Shown: positions 1 through 10,699 of the stretch, one piece after another
Layout of the letters: each line of letters opens with the position of its first letter
Position numbering within the stretch: the stretch's first letter is position 1
Assembly: GCA_001938485.1 (NCBI GenBank)
Contig: MQRK01229930.1
Span: forward strand, 4,441-68,440
Direction: 5' to 3'
Origin: Girardia tigrina
Taxonomy: Eukaryota
Length of the DNA stretch: 64,000 nucleotides
The notes under the pieces: generated by a model
What the model was told of the DNA's origin: nothing
Database searches by the model: none
Seen by the model: the letters and a program-made list of their open reading frames with translations, nothing else
Program-made: the position numbers and the translations under genes

Positions 1-171
1 ATATATATATATATAAAATAATTTGATAATTGTAAGAAAAGTTAAATTATTGTTTCTGGAAAAAATTCATCAAAATGTAATTTGTTTAAATATTCAAAAT
101 AAACAGTTGTGATTAAATTTCGCGTCATCAATTTTGAATTTCTTTAGTTATTAGAATTATCATTTTCTATT

Positions 172-880
172 GGTATTATTTTCTCCGACAAATCAAAAGC
201 GATTTAAAAATGTTTCCTTTGTGAAACTAATCGTAAAAACCGATAGAAAAAGTCGTCGATTTAAAATAGCGTGTTTTCGAATAAAGTGATCGCTTGGCGA
301 CAAAAATTTGAATATCAAATTAATGAATATCTGATTTACACGAATGTGTCGAAAGCGGAAATCGCGAGCAAAGACAATTCTAAAGACGCTTTTCAAAGGA
401 CGAATATTTTGGAGATTTTTAAAATTATATTGGAGAAAGAAGAGCTCCAATTGACAGAGAAAAAGAGACAATTTGTGATGGATAATTTAATTAAAGATGT
501 CGCAAAAATTGAGACTAGTCAAACGTTTGAATCGAAAACGTGCGAAACAAAACTTTCCACCGGGTGTGATCTAAAAAATGATTCACGATTTTCACATCAA
601 TTTGAAACCGAATAAATCCGCAAAACAACAATCTCTCGACGTTATTCGAATTTTGATAAAGAAATTGAATTTTCCGATCGATGTTGCTCTTTTAATCTGT
701 CAACATTATTGCTCCACAAAAACAAATTAAATCAATCAGACGAGAATTATTGAGTTACTATGAGAATATTTTCTCAGAGGTGCCACAAGAGCACGATTTA
801 AAGATGGAGGAGGTTTTCGAACCGGAAAATTATGATTTATTCAAAGAAAATTTCGAAACGATATGCATAATCGAATTACA
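172..880 (+). pseudogene. SBDS: SBDS/Sdo1 ribosome maturation factor pseudogene (frameshifted, no intron seen)
   Basis: Pieced translation SPTNQKRFKNVSFVKL..RRFKIACF / SNKVIAWR..TNVSKAEIASK..AF..ILEIFKIILEKEELQLTEKKR / NLKPNKSAKQQSLDVIRIL is collinear with SBDS (PTNQIRLTNVAVV..RFEIACYKNKVVGWR..VNVSKGQVAK..KSTKQQALEVI). Frameshifts near 275 and between ~510 and 600; no clear ATG. Confidence 0.85.
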
Positions 881-884
881 AAAA

Positions 885-1031
885 AATGCAATAACAATAA
901 TCTCTCTTCTGTTAAACCCATAATATCAGCATAACGTTCGAAATTTTTATGAAATCATTTAATTTTGACTAGGACCCATCGAAATTTTTGTATCATATAA
1001 TGTTCGTTGTCACATGAGTAGTGGTCGCCAT
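885..1031 (-). mobile_element. PBS plus decayed gag N-terminus of a Gypsy-like element
   Basis: TGGCGACCAC directly follows the LTR end. Translation MATTTHVTTNII*YKNFDGS*SKLNDFIK/FERYADIMGLTEERL is gag-like, with stops and a frameshift. Confidence 0.6.
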
Positions 1032-1440
1032 ATTAACAGCATCAAGTTTTTAAACAATTATTTATATCACAAGCGCCTTCACTATTTGACATTTTCTTGA
1101 TCAATTTATTTCTGAATTCATACTAATTATTTTCAATAAATAAAAATCTTTTAATAAAATTTATTAATTATAAAGCATCTAATTGATTAAAATTAAATCT
1201 AAACATTTTTAAAAAAGAACATATTAAATTAATATATTAAAATTTTAAATTACATTAAAAATTAAATTAAGTTACATTCAAAAATAATTTTAAATCTTTT
1301 TACTTTAAAATTAAATAAAATTATTTTTAAATAGTAGGAATCAAAGAAAATACAACTCATCCATCTGTGTAGGAGCGATATAATCCGAATCAACATACAA
1401 AATCCACAATCTCAACACACAATTCAAAACATTCCTCACA
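1031..1440 (-). mobile_element. 5' LTR of TG...TA LTR family (copy A)
   Basis: On the minus strand it begins TGTGAGGAATG and ends GTTAATA, followed by the PBS. Shares the CTCCTACNCAGATGG core with the other copies. Confidence 0.75.
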
Positions 1441-2222
1441 GGTATATTATCATAAATCTTTTACTTTTATTTTACAAATTTCATTCTTGACGACCTAATG
1501 ATAATAATAAAAGTAAGAATTATATGTAGTGTATTTTTATTAAAACATTTTTATTTATAACGCCCATTCCCTTATTGGCCTGAGTAACAAACACGAACTT
1601 TCCATTCTGTTAACCATCCATATAAGTCTTTACACTTCTTTGAACAGCAATCTTCACAATCATAAACTCCATATGAATCCAAAGTACCTTTTGTTAAATG
1701 GTTTTAGTAATTTTAATGTGACAAAAAACTATTTTCCCTTACAATAGGAAGCTGTGACGGACTGTTGTTCACCGAGAAGTAAAGAACAAAATAAGATTAA
1801 CAATATATAATCTCTCTGAAATTATTTAATAATTGTTTTAATAATTTTGTTATAACAAATTAAAAATTTTAAATCATTGTATTATATTCTCACCATTGTT
1901 TTATTGAAAATGAATTCGTTTTTGTAAATTGCTTTTAACAACTGAATATACAAATAATGTTTTTATACATATAAAATGAATAAAATTTGAATAAGGATAA
2001 ATTTGACCTAAAAAGAAACGCATATTTAACCCGTTTTCCGTTTTTTATAATATTAAAACAATAAATTGTCAATTCGTAAAACAAATTTAAATAATTGTTG
2101 ATCGTAAAAAAAGACTTAAAAATATTATTTTAAGTCTTTTTTTCTAACTTATAGTTTAATTCGATATTCTCTACCATTTTACTCCATATTGACACAAAAG
2201 AAAAAGCCATAAGGGTTATTAC

Positions 2223-3839
2223 TAGAGAGCGGAATAATTACGGTAAACCGTAACCGTAAAAAACCCGTATTTTTGCGACTGAAAATGAAAAAGCCGTAAA
2301 TTCTAATCTTGATAAATAAACCAGTAATTACGACATTTTTGAAATAAAAATTGAAAANNNNNNNNNNNNNNNNNNNNNNNNNNNNNNNNNNNNNNNNNNN
2401 NNNNNNNNNNNNNNNNNNNNNNNNNNNNNNNNNNNNNNNNNNNNNTTTTAAAACACTTTTTGAAACAGTAATAATTCAAAATTTTATAATAATGGTAAAT
2501 TTATCTAAATATAAAGCACTAACTGATTTAATACGTGCGAATAGTGATTTTCAAATAAGAAATGGTAAAGTATTTTGTCAAATATGCACGAAAGGATTTA
2601 AATATTTGCCAAAAGAAGGAGTTGCACCACTGACGAAGCATTTGAGGTCATTAACATATATATCTGCCAAGAAAATTAATGATGGTAAGAAGCAATCTGA
2701 ACTTGTTTTTTCACATGAAAAAAGCAACAAATACTCTGAATTTGATAAAGACCTTGTTGAAGCTTTTTGTGCAGCCAACATACTATTTAAAAAAATCGGT
2801 AATCCAAAAATGAAATTTTTTTGGAAAAGTATTGTAAAATTTTTGTCAAAAGCGAATCATTTTACAGGAAATTTATTTTAGATGATATTTATAAATCAAA
2901 GATNNNNNNNNNNNNNNNNNNNNNNNNNNNNNNNNNNNNNNNNNNNNNNNNNNNNNNNNNNNNNNNNNNNNNNNNNNNNNNNNNNNNNNNNNNNNNNNNN
3001 NNNNNNNNNNNNNNNNNNNNNNNNNNNNNNNNNNNNNNNNNNNNNNNNNNNNNNNNNNNNNNNNNNNNNNNNNNNNNNNNNNNNNNNNNNNNNNNNNNNN
3101 NNNNNNNNNNNNNNNNNNNNNNNNNNNNNNNNNNNNNNNNNNNNNNNNNNNNNNNNNNNNNNNNNNNNNNNNNNNNNNNNNNNNNNNNNNNNNNNNNNNN
3201 NNNNNNNNNNNNNNNNNNNNNNNNNNNNNNNNNNNNNNNNNNNNNNNNNNNNNNNNNNNNNNNNNNNNNNNNNNNNNNNNNNNNNNNNNNNNNNNNNNNN
3301 NNNNNNNNNNNNNNNNNNNNNNNNNNNNNNNNNNNNNNNNNNNNNNNNNNNNNNNNNNNNNNNNNNNNNNNNNNNNNNNNNNNNNNNNNNNNNNNNNNNN
3401 NNNNNNNNNNNNNNNNNNNNNNNNNNNNNNNNNNNNNNNNNNNNNNNNNNNNNNNNNNNNNNNNNNNNNNNNNNNNNNNNNNNNNNNNNNNNNNNNNNNN
3501 NNNNNNNNNNNNNNNNNNNNNNNNNNNNNNNNNNNNNNNNNNNNNNNNNNNNNNNNNNNNNNNNNNNNNNNNNNNNNNNNNNNNNNNNNNNNNNNNNNNN
3601 NNNNNNNNNNNNNNNNNNNNNNNNNNNNNNNNNNAATTTTGTTCACTGAAAGAAGAACCAATTTAACCCCAGATAATCTCGAAAAGTTGTTAATTTTGTA
3701 TTACAACAAATAAATGTTTTATGTTGGTATTTTTCATTTCATTATATTTTACCATAATTAATACCGTAATTTTACCTTATTTTTACCGGAAATTATACCG
3801 GAAATTTGACATTTTTTACCGTAATTATTCCGCTCTCTA
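2223..3839 (+). mobile_element. hAT DNA transposon with CGGBP1-like transposase, partly in N gaps
   Basis: TIR TAGAGAGCGGAATAATTACGGTAAA at both ends. 8-bp TSD GTTATTAC (2215-2222 and 3840-3847). ORF 2351-2881 has FCQIC..KHLRS and DLVEAFCAANI..NP motifs, with a frameshift near 2820. Confidence 0.9.
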
Positions 3840-4069
3840 GTTATTACGAAAAAAATTTACGATTTTTAACGTCTTTCAAATAGAAATGTTCAGTGTATCG
3901 CAAAGATTAAAAAGAAAATTAAAATTTTTGATACAAAATTAATTTAAAAAATATAAAATTTTCGGGTACGCATTTTTAGGGCGCCGTAATAAAATATTCA
4001 TTAGGGCGCTCTTCATATGGGCGACATAATTAAATGTTCATTTGGACGCCTCAATAAATTGTAATTTTT

Positions 4070-4327
4070 GTGGTCGATAATAATCGACTGTTATCGGGTG
4101 ATAATTCGATCAGAGCGGCCGATGTCTCGCATTCGATTATTAATACGAGGATCGACGATTTCGGTCGACCGTTGCCGCCGTTGTCGGAATCATTCGGCGA
4201 GAAAATCGATGCCGGTGAACTGGATTCCGCGAGGACGGAAAGGATTCCGATGATTTTACAATTGGCGATGAGATTCGATTGGACGATCATCGGATCGTAT
4301 TTTAAAACAAATTTAAATAATTGTTGA
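4070..4327 (+). pseudogene. GC-rich coding-like remnant with weak resemblance to the PPP4R2 N-terminus
   Basis: GC-rich ORF starting at GTG. MRFDWTIIGSYFKTNLNN loosely resembles PP4R2 MIQWSQFKGYFIFKLEKV; not verifiable by eye. Confidence 0.2.
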
Positions 4328-4540
4328 TCGTAAAGACTTAAAATAATATTGAACAATTTTCAACTTATAGTTTAAATCGATATTCTCTACCATTTTACTC
4401 CATATTGACACAAAAGAAAAAACCACAAGGGTTATTACGAAAAAATTTTACGATTTTTAACGTCTTTCAAATAGAAATGTTCAGCGTACCGCAAAGATTA
4501 AAAAGAAAATTAAAATTTTTGATACAACATTAATTTAAAA
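4300..4540 (+). repeat. Local duplicate of 2075-2222 plus 3840-3950 (empty-site paralog of the hAT insertion)
   Basis: Near-identical sequence with a single GTTATTAC at 4431-4438. Confidence 0.9.
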
Positions 4541-4544
4541 AAAC

Positions 4545-4918
4545 AACAATGCTTTGGAGGGTTTTAAGCGATATATCTCAGACGAGGAAACTTTACGTTC
4601 CCTATCCCTCATTTGCTCGTCGTTGTTTTTGAGATGGTTGCCAACTGGTCAAAAGCTTATGAACGAGATATGAAGATATTTGTGACATCTACTAGTATCA
4701 CATTGAGTGTTTGGACCAGTGCTTATCAATGGGAAAGACTGACAAAGTTTTGCTGTCGGAAGGTCTGGACACAAGTAAAATATTTCGTTCTATCTGGAAA
4801 TATAAACCAACTTGCAAAAGGTGTTATTGACGAAAAAACTTTACAGTGTTGGAATACCATCGAACAATTTAAAAAAAATGTTTTTAATGTTTGGAAAAAG
4901 AAAAGCTTGGTATGGTGA
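4545..4918 (+). mobile_element. Possible decayed MULE/SWIM-type transposase fragment
   Basis: SITLSVWTSAYQW motif recalls SWIM-MULE-associated proteins; weak. Confidence 0.25.
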
Positions 4919-5149
4919 AATAAAGATAATAAAAAAGGATAAAAAATAATCTTTGTATTTTGATTTATTAACTTTGTATTTTTTTAATTAAAATGTTTTA
5001 TTTTGTATTTAGAAAAATGCCTTTTTTATTTGTTTACGTAATCTTTGATATTTTTTTACTTAACATTTCATATTATTTTACATAGTGTTTAATTTTCTTT
5101 TTTTAGTGAAAATAAATTTTTTACTTAGAATTTATTAAATAAAATACAA

Positions 5150-5641
5150 ATCTTTTTAATAAAAAAACAGAGCGTTTTAAGAATTATATATAGTGGTAAA
5201 ATTTTTCTGTTATTTAAAACAATATAAATTTAAAGAAAATTTAAAAATAGGTCAATTTAACCCTCTTTGATATCCTACTGTTTTTATAAACATACCCCAT
5301 GGGTGCTGAGACCGTCGGTCGGGAAATACCCGCCACCGGCTTGAACCCGTAGGCGCTCCGAAGCGCACACTACCGGACATATGTGTGTGGAGGAGACGCG
5401 TCCGCTCACCTTGTAAATGTATAAAATGATAGTGGGTTGCCGTTTCTCGTTATGAACGACTAGGAGCTCAGGGCCGTCAAAAATGTTGCGAATAGAAGTG
5501 AGCGCGGCACATATCTTTTTAATAAAAAAACAGAGCGTTTTAAGAATTATACATAGCGGTAAAATTTTTCTGTTATTTAAAACAATAAATTTAAAGAAAA
5601 AATAAAAATAGGACAACTTAACCCAATTTGATTTCCTACTG
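5150..5641. repeat. ~130-bp direct repeats (5150-5280, 5513-5641) flanking a 232-bp GC-rich insert
   Basis: ATCTTTTTAATAAAAAAACAGAGCGTTTTAAGAATTATA...CCTACTG is present twice with few mismatches. Confidence 0.85.
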
Positions 5642-5982
5642 ATATTTTAGACTCAGAAGCATTCCTTTCTAAAGGTCGATCTTTTTAAAGCCCGTTTAAT
5701 GGAAAATACCAACAATGTTTATCCTAACAAAAATATAAATAATTCAACAAATTTATTATCAAAATAAAATTATAAATTCTTTCGATTTCTCCTGTATCTA
5801 AAGTTCATAAATGACACTATTGAAATGAAAGGCAATTTCAAATGGGTAAAAATACAAGCCAAACAGTTCTAAAAGGAAATAAAGCACTGAATTACAAACA
5901 GAGATTAAATGTGCAGTAAAATCTCTAAAAATCACATTTTTCCAAAAGAACTCTCAATTACAAGTACTTTCAATAACGATGG

Positions 5983-6318
5983 TCAAAACGATGACTGATG
6001 TTCTGTTACTTCGATCCGACTGATATTTGTGAAAAAGCTTCTATTAGAAGAGTCAACACTATTTGAAGACGATTTGTCATGGTCTTCCAAATGGTTGACC
6101 ATATGGGATGGTCTTCCCCGATAGTCTTTCAATTGGGACTTCATTTGCAGTACGTGAGCCTCCAGTCGTCGACATTTGATAAGCAATTGCTGGAAATTCC
6201 TTTCGATTTGTTTTTGATATGTTAATACTTTGTATTTTTCGTCCAACCAAACTTTTCGTTCTTCTTCGAATTGTTCCAATAATTTATTGTTGGAATAATC
6301 ATTGTTAAATTGAGTAGT
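5983..6318 (-). CDS. LZTS/Fez1-family protein, terminal coding exon
   Basis: Acceptor ctctttcattag|ACT, phase 0. QFEEERKVWLDEKYKVLTYQKQIERNFQQLLIKCRRLE matches the LZTS C-terminal FEQERRTWQEEKERVIRYQKQLQ motif. TGA stop at 5983. Confidence 0.85.
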   Translation of the reverse strand, partial: TTQFNNDYSNNKLLEQFEEERKVWLDEKYKVLTYQKQIERNFQQLLIKCRRLEAHVLQMKSQLKDYRGRPSHMVNHLEDHDKSSSNSVDSSNRSFFTNISRIEVTEHQSSF

Positions 6319-7609
6319 CTAATGAAAGAGAAAATAATCATTGCACAAAATTTAATGAACTCTTTTGCATTTATGTATTCAAATATTTATCTTTTTAATA
6401 TTTGTGATCAGGAGGTTGTCTCTAATATTAACAAGTCCTGGATCCATGAAAAGAGCAACGACTTAATTGTATCAGAAAACTTATGTTATTATATAATAGA
6501 ATTATTTATCATTGTATAAACACTTATTTTCTATGTATCGTTTATTATATTGTATATAATACTTATTATTTCTGTCTCGAAGTTATCATTATTATATAAT
6601 TGGATTAATTATTTTTATTATATTATTATTAAATTATTAAGTTAATTATTTATATTATATCCTTAATTTAATTATTTAACATTTATATTATTAAATTAAC
6701 TATTTTTGCCTAATGAATTAAGGTTTAAGACAATTTAAATCAAAAAATTTAATTTTTACATCCATTCTTTATGCAGTCAGAACTCTACTTTGCCAACAAA
6801 GATTTTAGAATTTAAAAAAATTTAATTAAAAAAGCACATTAAAAATTAATATAAATTACTTATAATTTATAAATAGATATCTTGTGATTAATATTGTTCG
6901 GGAACTTCAAATTTTCCGTTTTTTTATCATATTGTAATGCAATTTTAATAGATACATTAACTTTAAAAGGTATATTCAGAAATCAATCCCTCATAGAACC
7001 ATTCCTAACATTCATGAATGGTCTTCATCCGAATATTAAATTTACAACAGAATTGGAGGTAGATAATAAACTTCCCTTTCTGGACATTCTTGTCACTAGT
7101 ATGAATGGAGGCTATAAAACTGAATTATTCAGAAAGGCAACAGATACAGGTCTTTACACAACACCACAGAGTTTTTATGAGGAAAAATACAGAGAGGGTA
7201 TGATAAAAAGCCTTGTTCACAGAGTTTGGAGTTTGTCGTCAAGTTTTGAAATTGCAAATAAGGGTTTTAATATTCTCAGAGGGTACTTGAGGTACAATAT
7301 TTATACAAACAAGCAAATAGAACATAACATTAGGGTAACATTAGACAAATTATGTACAGATACACGAGTTAAGAAATAATTAAAAGAAGAAATCACTGAA
7401 GAATACAAACAAATCATTAAAATTGAATATTCTAAAGGATTTAGGGCTTTTAAGAAGAGTATTTGTAGAACAATAAGTAGTGCCAAAGTAGTCTCTGTCA
7501 CATCCAAAGTTCAAAGTTTCCTCTAAAACAAATCGAAAACAATTTGTTTGCAAGCTAATCTGGTATATAAATTTACTTGTCACGGGTGTAAAAACTCATA
7601 CGTCAGAGA

Positions 7610-7736
7610 GGGATACAATTTTGTGATACTATGTCGCTCACCTTCCCGGGGTGTATCCTGGGAACTAGAAAGAGGGTCTCCTTCCTTTCTAGAAATAGAA
7701 GGGGGGGTCCCCTTGATCTAGGCTAAATGAGTGGAC
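7610..7736 (+). ncRNA. HDV-like self-cleaving ribozyme (predicted)
   Basis: P1 GGGATAC/GTATCCT with G1.U wobble; P2 GTCGCTC/GAGTGGAC; P3 ACC/GGT; L3 TTCCCGG; GG for P1.1; long P4 capped by GAAA; J4/2 CTAA with catalytic-C equivalent at 7723. Confidence 0.85.
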
Positions 7737-8485
7737 GGATCGATGTGGCTAGCAACCCTATCCTTCGCTAAGACATAGCTTTCAAAACTCAAACAAGGGG
7801 TCTGGAAGAACACGAAGTCATTAAGCTCCCGAGAGGGGGATCCCTCGTTAAGGATTCCACTTGCAGTGGACTGAGGGTTGAAACTTGGAATGTTCGAGGC
7901 TTAACCAATGAAAAGATACTAAACATCGTCAGTATCTTCGAAAAACTGAAAATTGATATGTGTATACTCACAGAGACGAACTGGATCGGAACCGACATTG
8001 CCTCTTTCGGGGATTGGAGAATCCATCATAGTGGCAGTACGAGTAGCATAAGGGAAAAAGGCGTAGCCATGATGGTAAAATCTGGGGATTAAATGAACAT
8101 CGAATTTGAAGCGATCAGTGAGAGAGTGTTCCTGTCATATACCCCAAAGGTCGATCACAGTGGTGGGGATACACATTCCGACTGACAGCGGACACTCAAG
8201 TGAGGAAAAGGAAGAGTTCTTCGCATTACTGCAGATCCAAATGCGAGGGGAAAGTTCAAATGTCCCTTTCGCGGCTGTACCAAGTCCACGAATACAGCCA
8301 AAGGGATGCTCAATCATGGTACCACAATCCATTATTGGTTGTTTGCAACAGGGAAGCCTAAGAAATTTCGGAGACTGAAGCACTCCGTCCTTGTAGGAAG
8401 CCTATCGGGGGCAGCTAGCACTCTAGTTTGGGTGGACCCTCTAAAGAGCCTAGTGGCTCCATACTATTCAAGAGATGGGAGACCC
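7610..8485 (+). mobile_element. RTE-like LINE 5' portion (5'UTR plus APE endonuclease; distal part apparently inverted)
   Basis: LRVETWNVRGL..IDMCILTETNWIG..HSGS..KGVAMMV APE motifs at ~7870-8240. Endonuclease-like residues continue on the minus strand at ~8250-8480. Diverged 10-bp TSD ACGTCAGAGA (7600-7609) / ACATCGGAGA (8486-8495). Confidence 0.8.
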
Positions 8486-8826
8486 ACATCGGAGAGACAA
8501 ATCATCATCTCAAAACCGGATCAGCGAGCACTCGCAAATGAGTCGATCAAGTAAGGATCTTGATCATTGGTTATGTTGTGAGGATAGAACCTCATCCATT
8601 TCAAAAGATGAGTTTTCTGTTCTACAAAAGGGATTTAATGCACATTACGAACGACAGTTTTGTGAATCTCAACTAATAAGATACTACAACCCATCAATTA
8701 ACATTCAGAATGGGTAAACTAAGGTTATTTCAATACTAAAATTTTTTGCAATTATTACCCAATAATACTTTAATAAATAATAATATTTAATTTGTAATAT
8801 ACCTTTTAAAGTTAATGTATCTATTA

Positions 8827-8872
8827 AAATTGCTGATGATGATGTATATAAACAACGAAACATGTACAATAA
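8827..8872 (+). ncRNA. Minimal type I hammerhead ribozyme in Penelope pLTR (predicted)
   Basis: ATTG-CTGATGA-T-GATGTATATAAACAAC-GAAA-CATGTA-CAAT. Stem I ATTG/CAAT, palindromic stem III ACATGT, GUA cleavage triplet. Confidence 0.75.
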
Positions 8873-8951
8873 TTATATACAAAAAGCTTTAATCAAATTA
8901 TATTTTCAAAATATTAAACTTACGTTCACAAGACTCAATATTATATATATA

Positions 8952-9300
8952 CAGGGTGATCATAAAGTAACAACCGGGTTTTAAACTGCAATAACTTTTT
9001 TTGGCAAAACATTATGAAAGAAATAGTTTTAAATAACAAAAAAAAACATTTATTAAAATTTAATAATATTCAACAGAATAACCATCGACATTAATACAAT
9101 GTTTTTTTTCCCATAAAAAGACCTAATGGCTTTTTGGCACATTTTACCGTCTATTTTCGCTGCTTCTTGACAAATAAAATCTTTAAGTTGCTGAATTGTT
9201 TCTGGTTTTCTCTTATCCACTTCATTCTTCAAATACTCCTACACAAAAAAAATCTAGTGGTGTCAAATCAGGTGACCTGGCCGGCCATACATATGGAAAT
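8952..9300 (-). mobile_element. Tc1/mariner (rosa-like) 3' fragment
   Basis: TA|CAGGGTG end; minus-strand WPARSPDLTPLDFF motif. Confidence 0.65.
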
Positions 9301-9887
9301 TTTTGAGATTTTTAACTTATTTTAAAAATTTATTTTCCAAATTTTAAATTGTATTAAAAAGAGAATTTTTGAACAAGTAACACTGAGACTTAATTGTCCG
9401 AGATTTAATTTTCTGAGACTTAATATAGTGAAAAACAATTTAATCTATTAATTTACAAGACTTAATTCACTCTCTCCGTAGTCCGGAAGGTCGGTATTTG
9501 ATCTCATAGTTCTCAAAATATGATTTTCATCGATTTTCAAGACTTTTTACTGGAAATATTGAGTATGCATATACATAATAAATCTATAGAAAAATTCCCT
9601 AAATTCGTTATAATTAATAAACGTAATCATTATAATCGAAATTCGAGAGACTTAGTCTAATAAACCAAATCATTTCGTTTTTTCCCTAAATGAGATTGGC
9701 TGTTGTGGATACTTAACAATTTCCAAACCAATTATAACTTTTATTTTAATATTAAATAAAATTTTCTTTTAAGACTGGCTGGGGCCCGACGAAAATATGT
9801 AATTATTTTTTTATTTTATTTTTATTTGTTGGTATATTTTATTTTTGAAAATGATAAAATCCGTTTCCTAAATACTAAAGGTAGTAC

Positions 9888-10163
9888 TTGGGTTGATTGG
9901 TTTCTGACTTCACAATTATTGCGATCATTGGACAACAGTTTAAGGTTCTGAATCGTTTTTTCAAGCTTTAATGATTTCTGATTTTGAATATCTAGACTAC
10001 GGGAAACCATTTCCAAGCTCTCCATGGCCTTGTTTAGTTCGCCGGATCTCTGGGACAATCGTTTCTTCAACTCTATAATGTGACCTTCAGCATCAAGTAA
10101 TTTACAATTCGAATTTGTAAGAGCTGCTTCGAGAATTTTTCCACGTTGTCTTTCTGATAAAAT
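9888..10163 (-). CDS. LZTS/Fez1-family protein, coiled-coil exon
   Basis: tttttag|ATT...CAA|gtacta; 276 nt, phase 0/0. ELKKRLSQRSGELNK resembles LZTS QKSGEISLLKQQL. Confidence 0.8.
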
Positions 10164-10699
10164 CTAAAAATATAATATATTTATTTATCATTAGAAATTG
10201 TTTTTTTTGTAAATGAAAATATGTTGCTTCTTTAAATACGATCAAAGAACCATTTACTAGAACTATGGCCGTAAGAATTCACAAGACAATGATAAAAATT
10301 TTAATAAAAGGTTGGAATGTTGATATAGTTAATGTTTAATTGTTCATTTAGTTTTTGTCACACTCAATAGGTCTATATGGCCGATTAAGGATCAAAGTTA
10401 ACAATGAGTATCAGGTCGAAATCCTCGATCCCTTCCAAAAAATATTAATTTCAAAGATTATATCCACCTAAAGATTACGGAAATTGTTCAAAAGGGGAAA
10501 GTGAATCGATAACAATGAAATAATAAAAAAATAATGTAAATAAAAAAATCTCGGATGTAAAAAGAATTTGTTTAATTAAATAAAAATTTGGTGCATTACG
10601 AAACAACAATTTTTAATGTGGTGTTTGTGATACATGAAAATATATATTTCGACTTCTCAATTCTGTGTGCTGTTTAATATTCATTTGAGTTCGATAATA

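Larger units (their letters stand above)
6939..8875 (+). mobile_element. 5'-truncated Penelope-like element (RT C-terminus plus GIY-YIG) with inverted 5' segment, interrupted by an RTE
   Basis: MNGLHPNIKFTTELEVDNKLPFLDILV..LFRKATDTG; LVYKFTCHGCKNSYV / IGETNHHLK..ISEH..ESQLIRYYNPSINIQ. 38-bp inverted repeat 6939-6976 / 8796-8833. Hammerhead at the 3' end. Confidence 0.9.

Noticed and set aside
2821-3666. Long ORFs across N runs (also 14374-14824, 21828-22089, 24533-24735)
   Set aside because: Artefacts of translating assembly gaps.
5300-5350. GGGTGCTGAGA...AATACCCG...TTGAACC resembling a TPP riboswitch or hammerhead
   Set aside because: The TPP 3' half (TGATC..TAAT..GCG.AGG) is absent. CTGAGA is one nt short of CUGANGA and there is no stem III.
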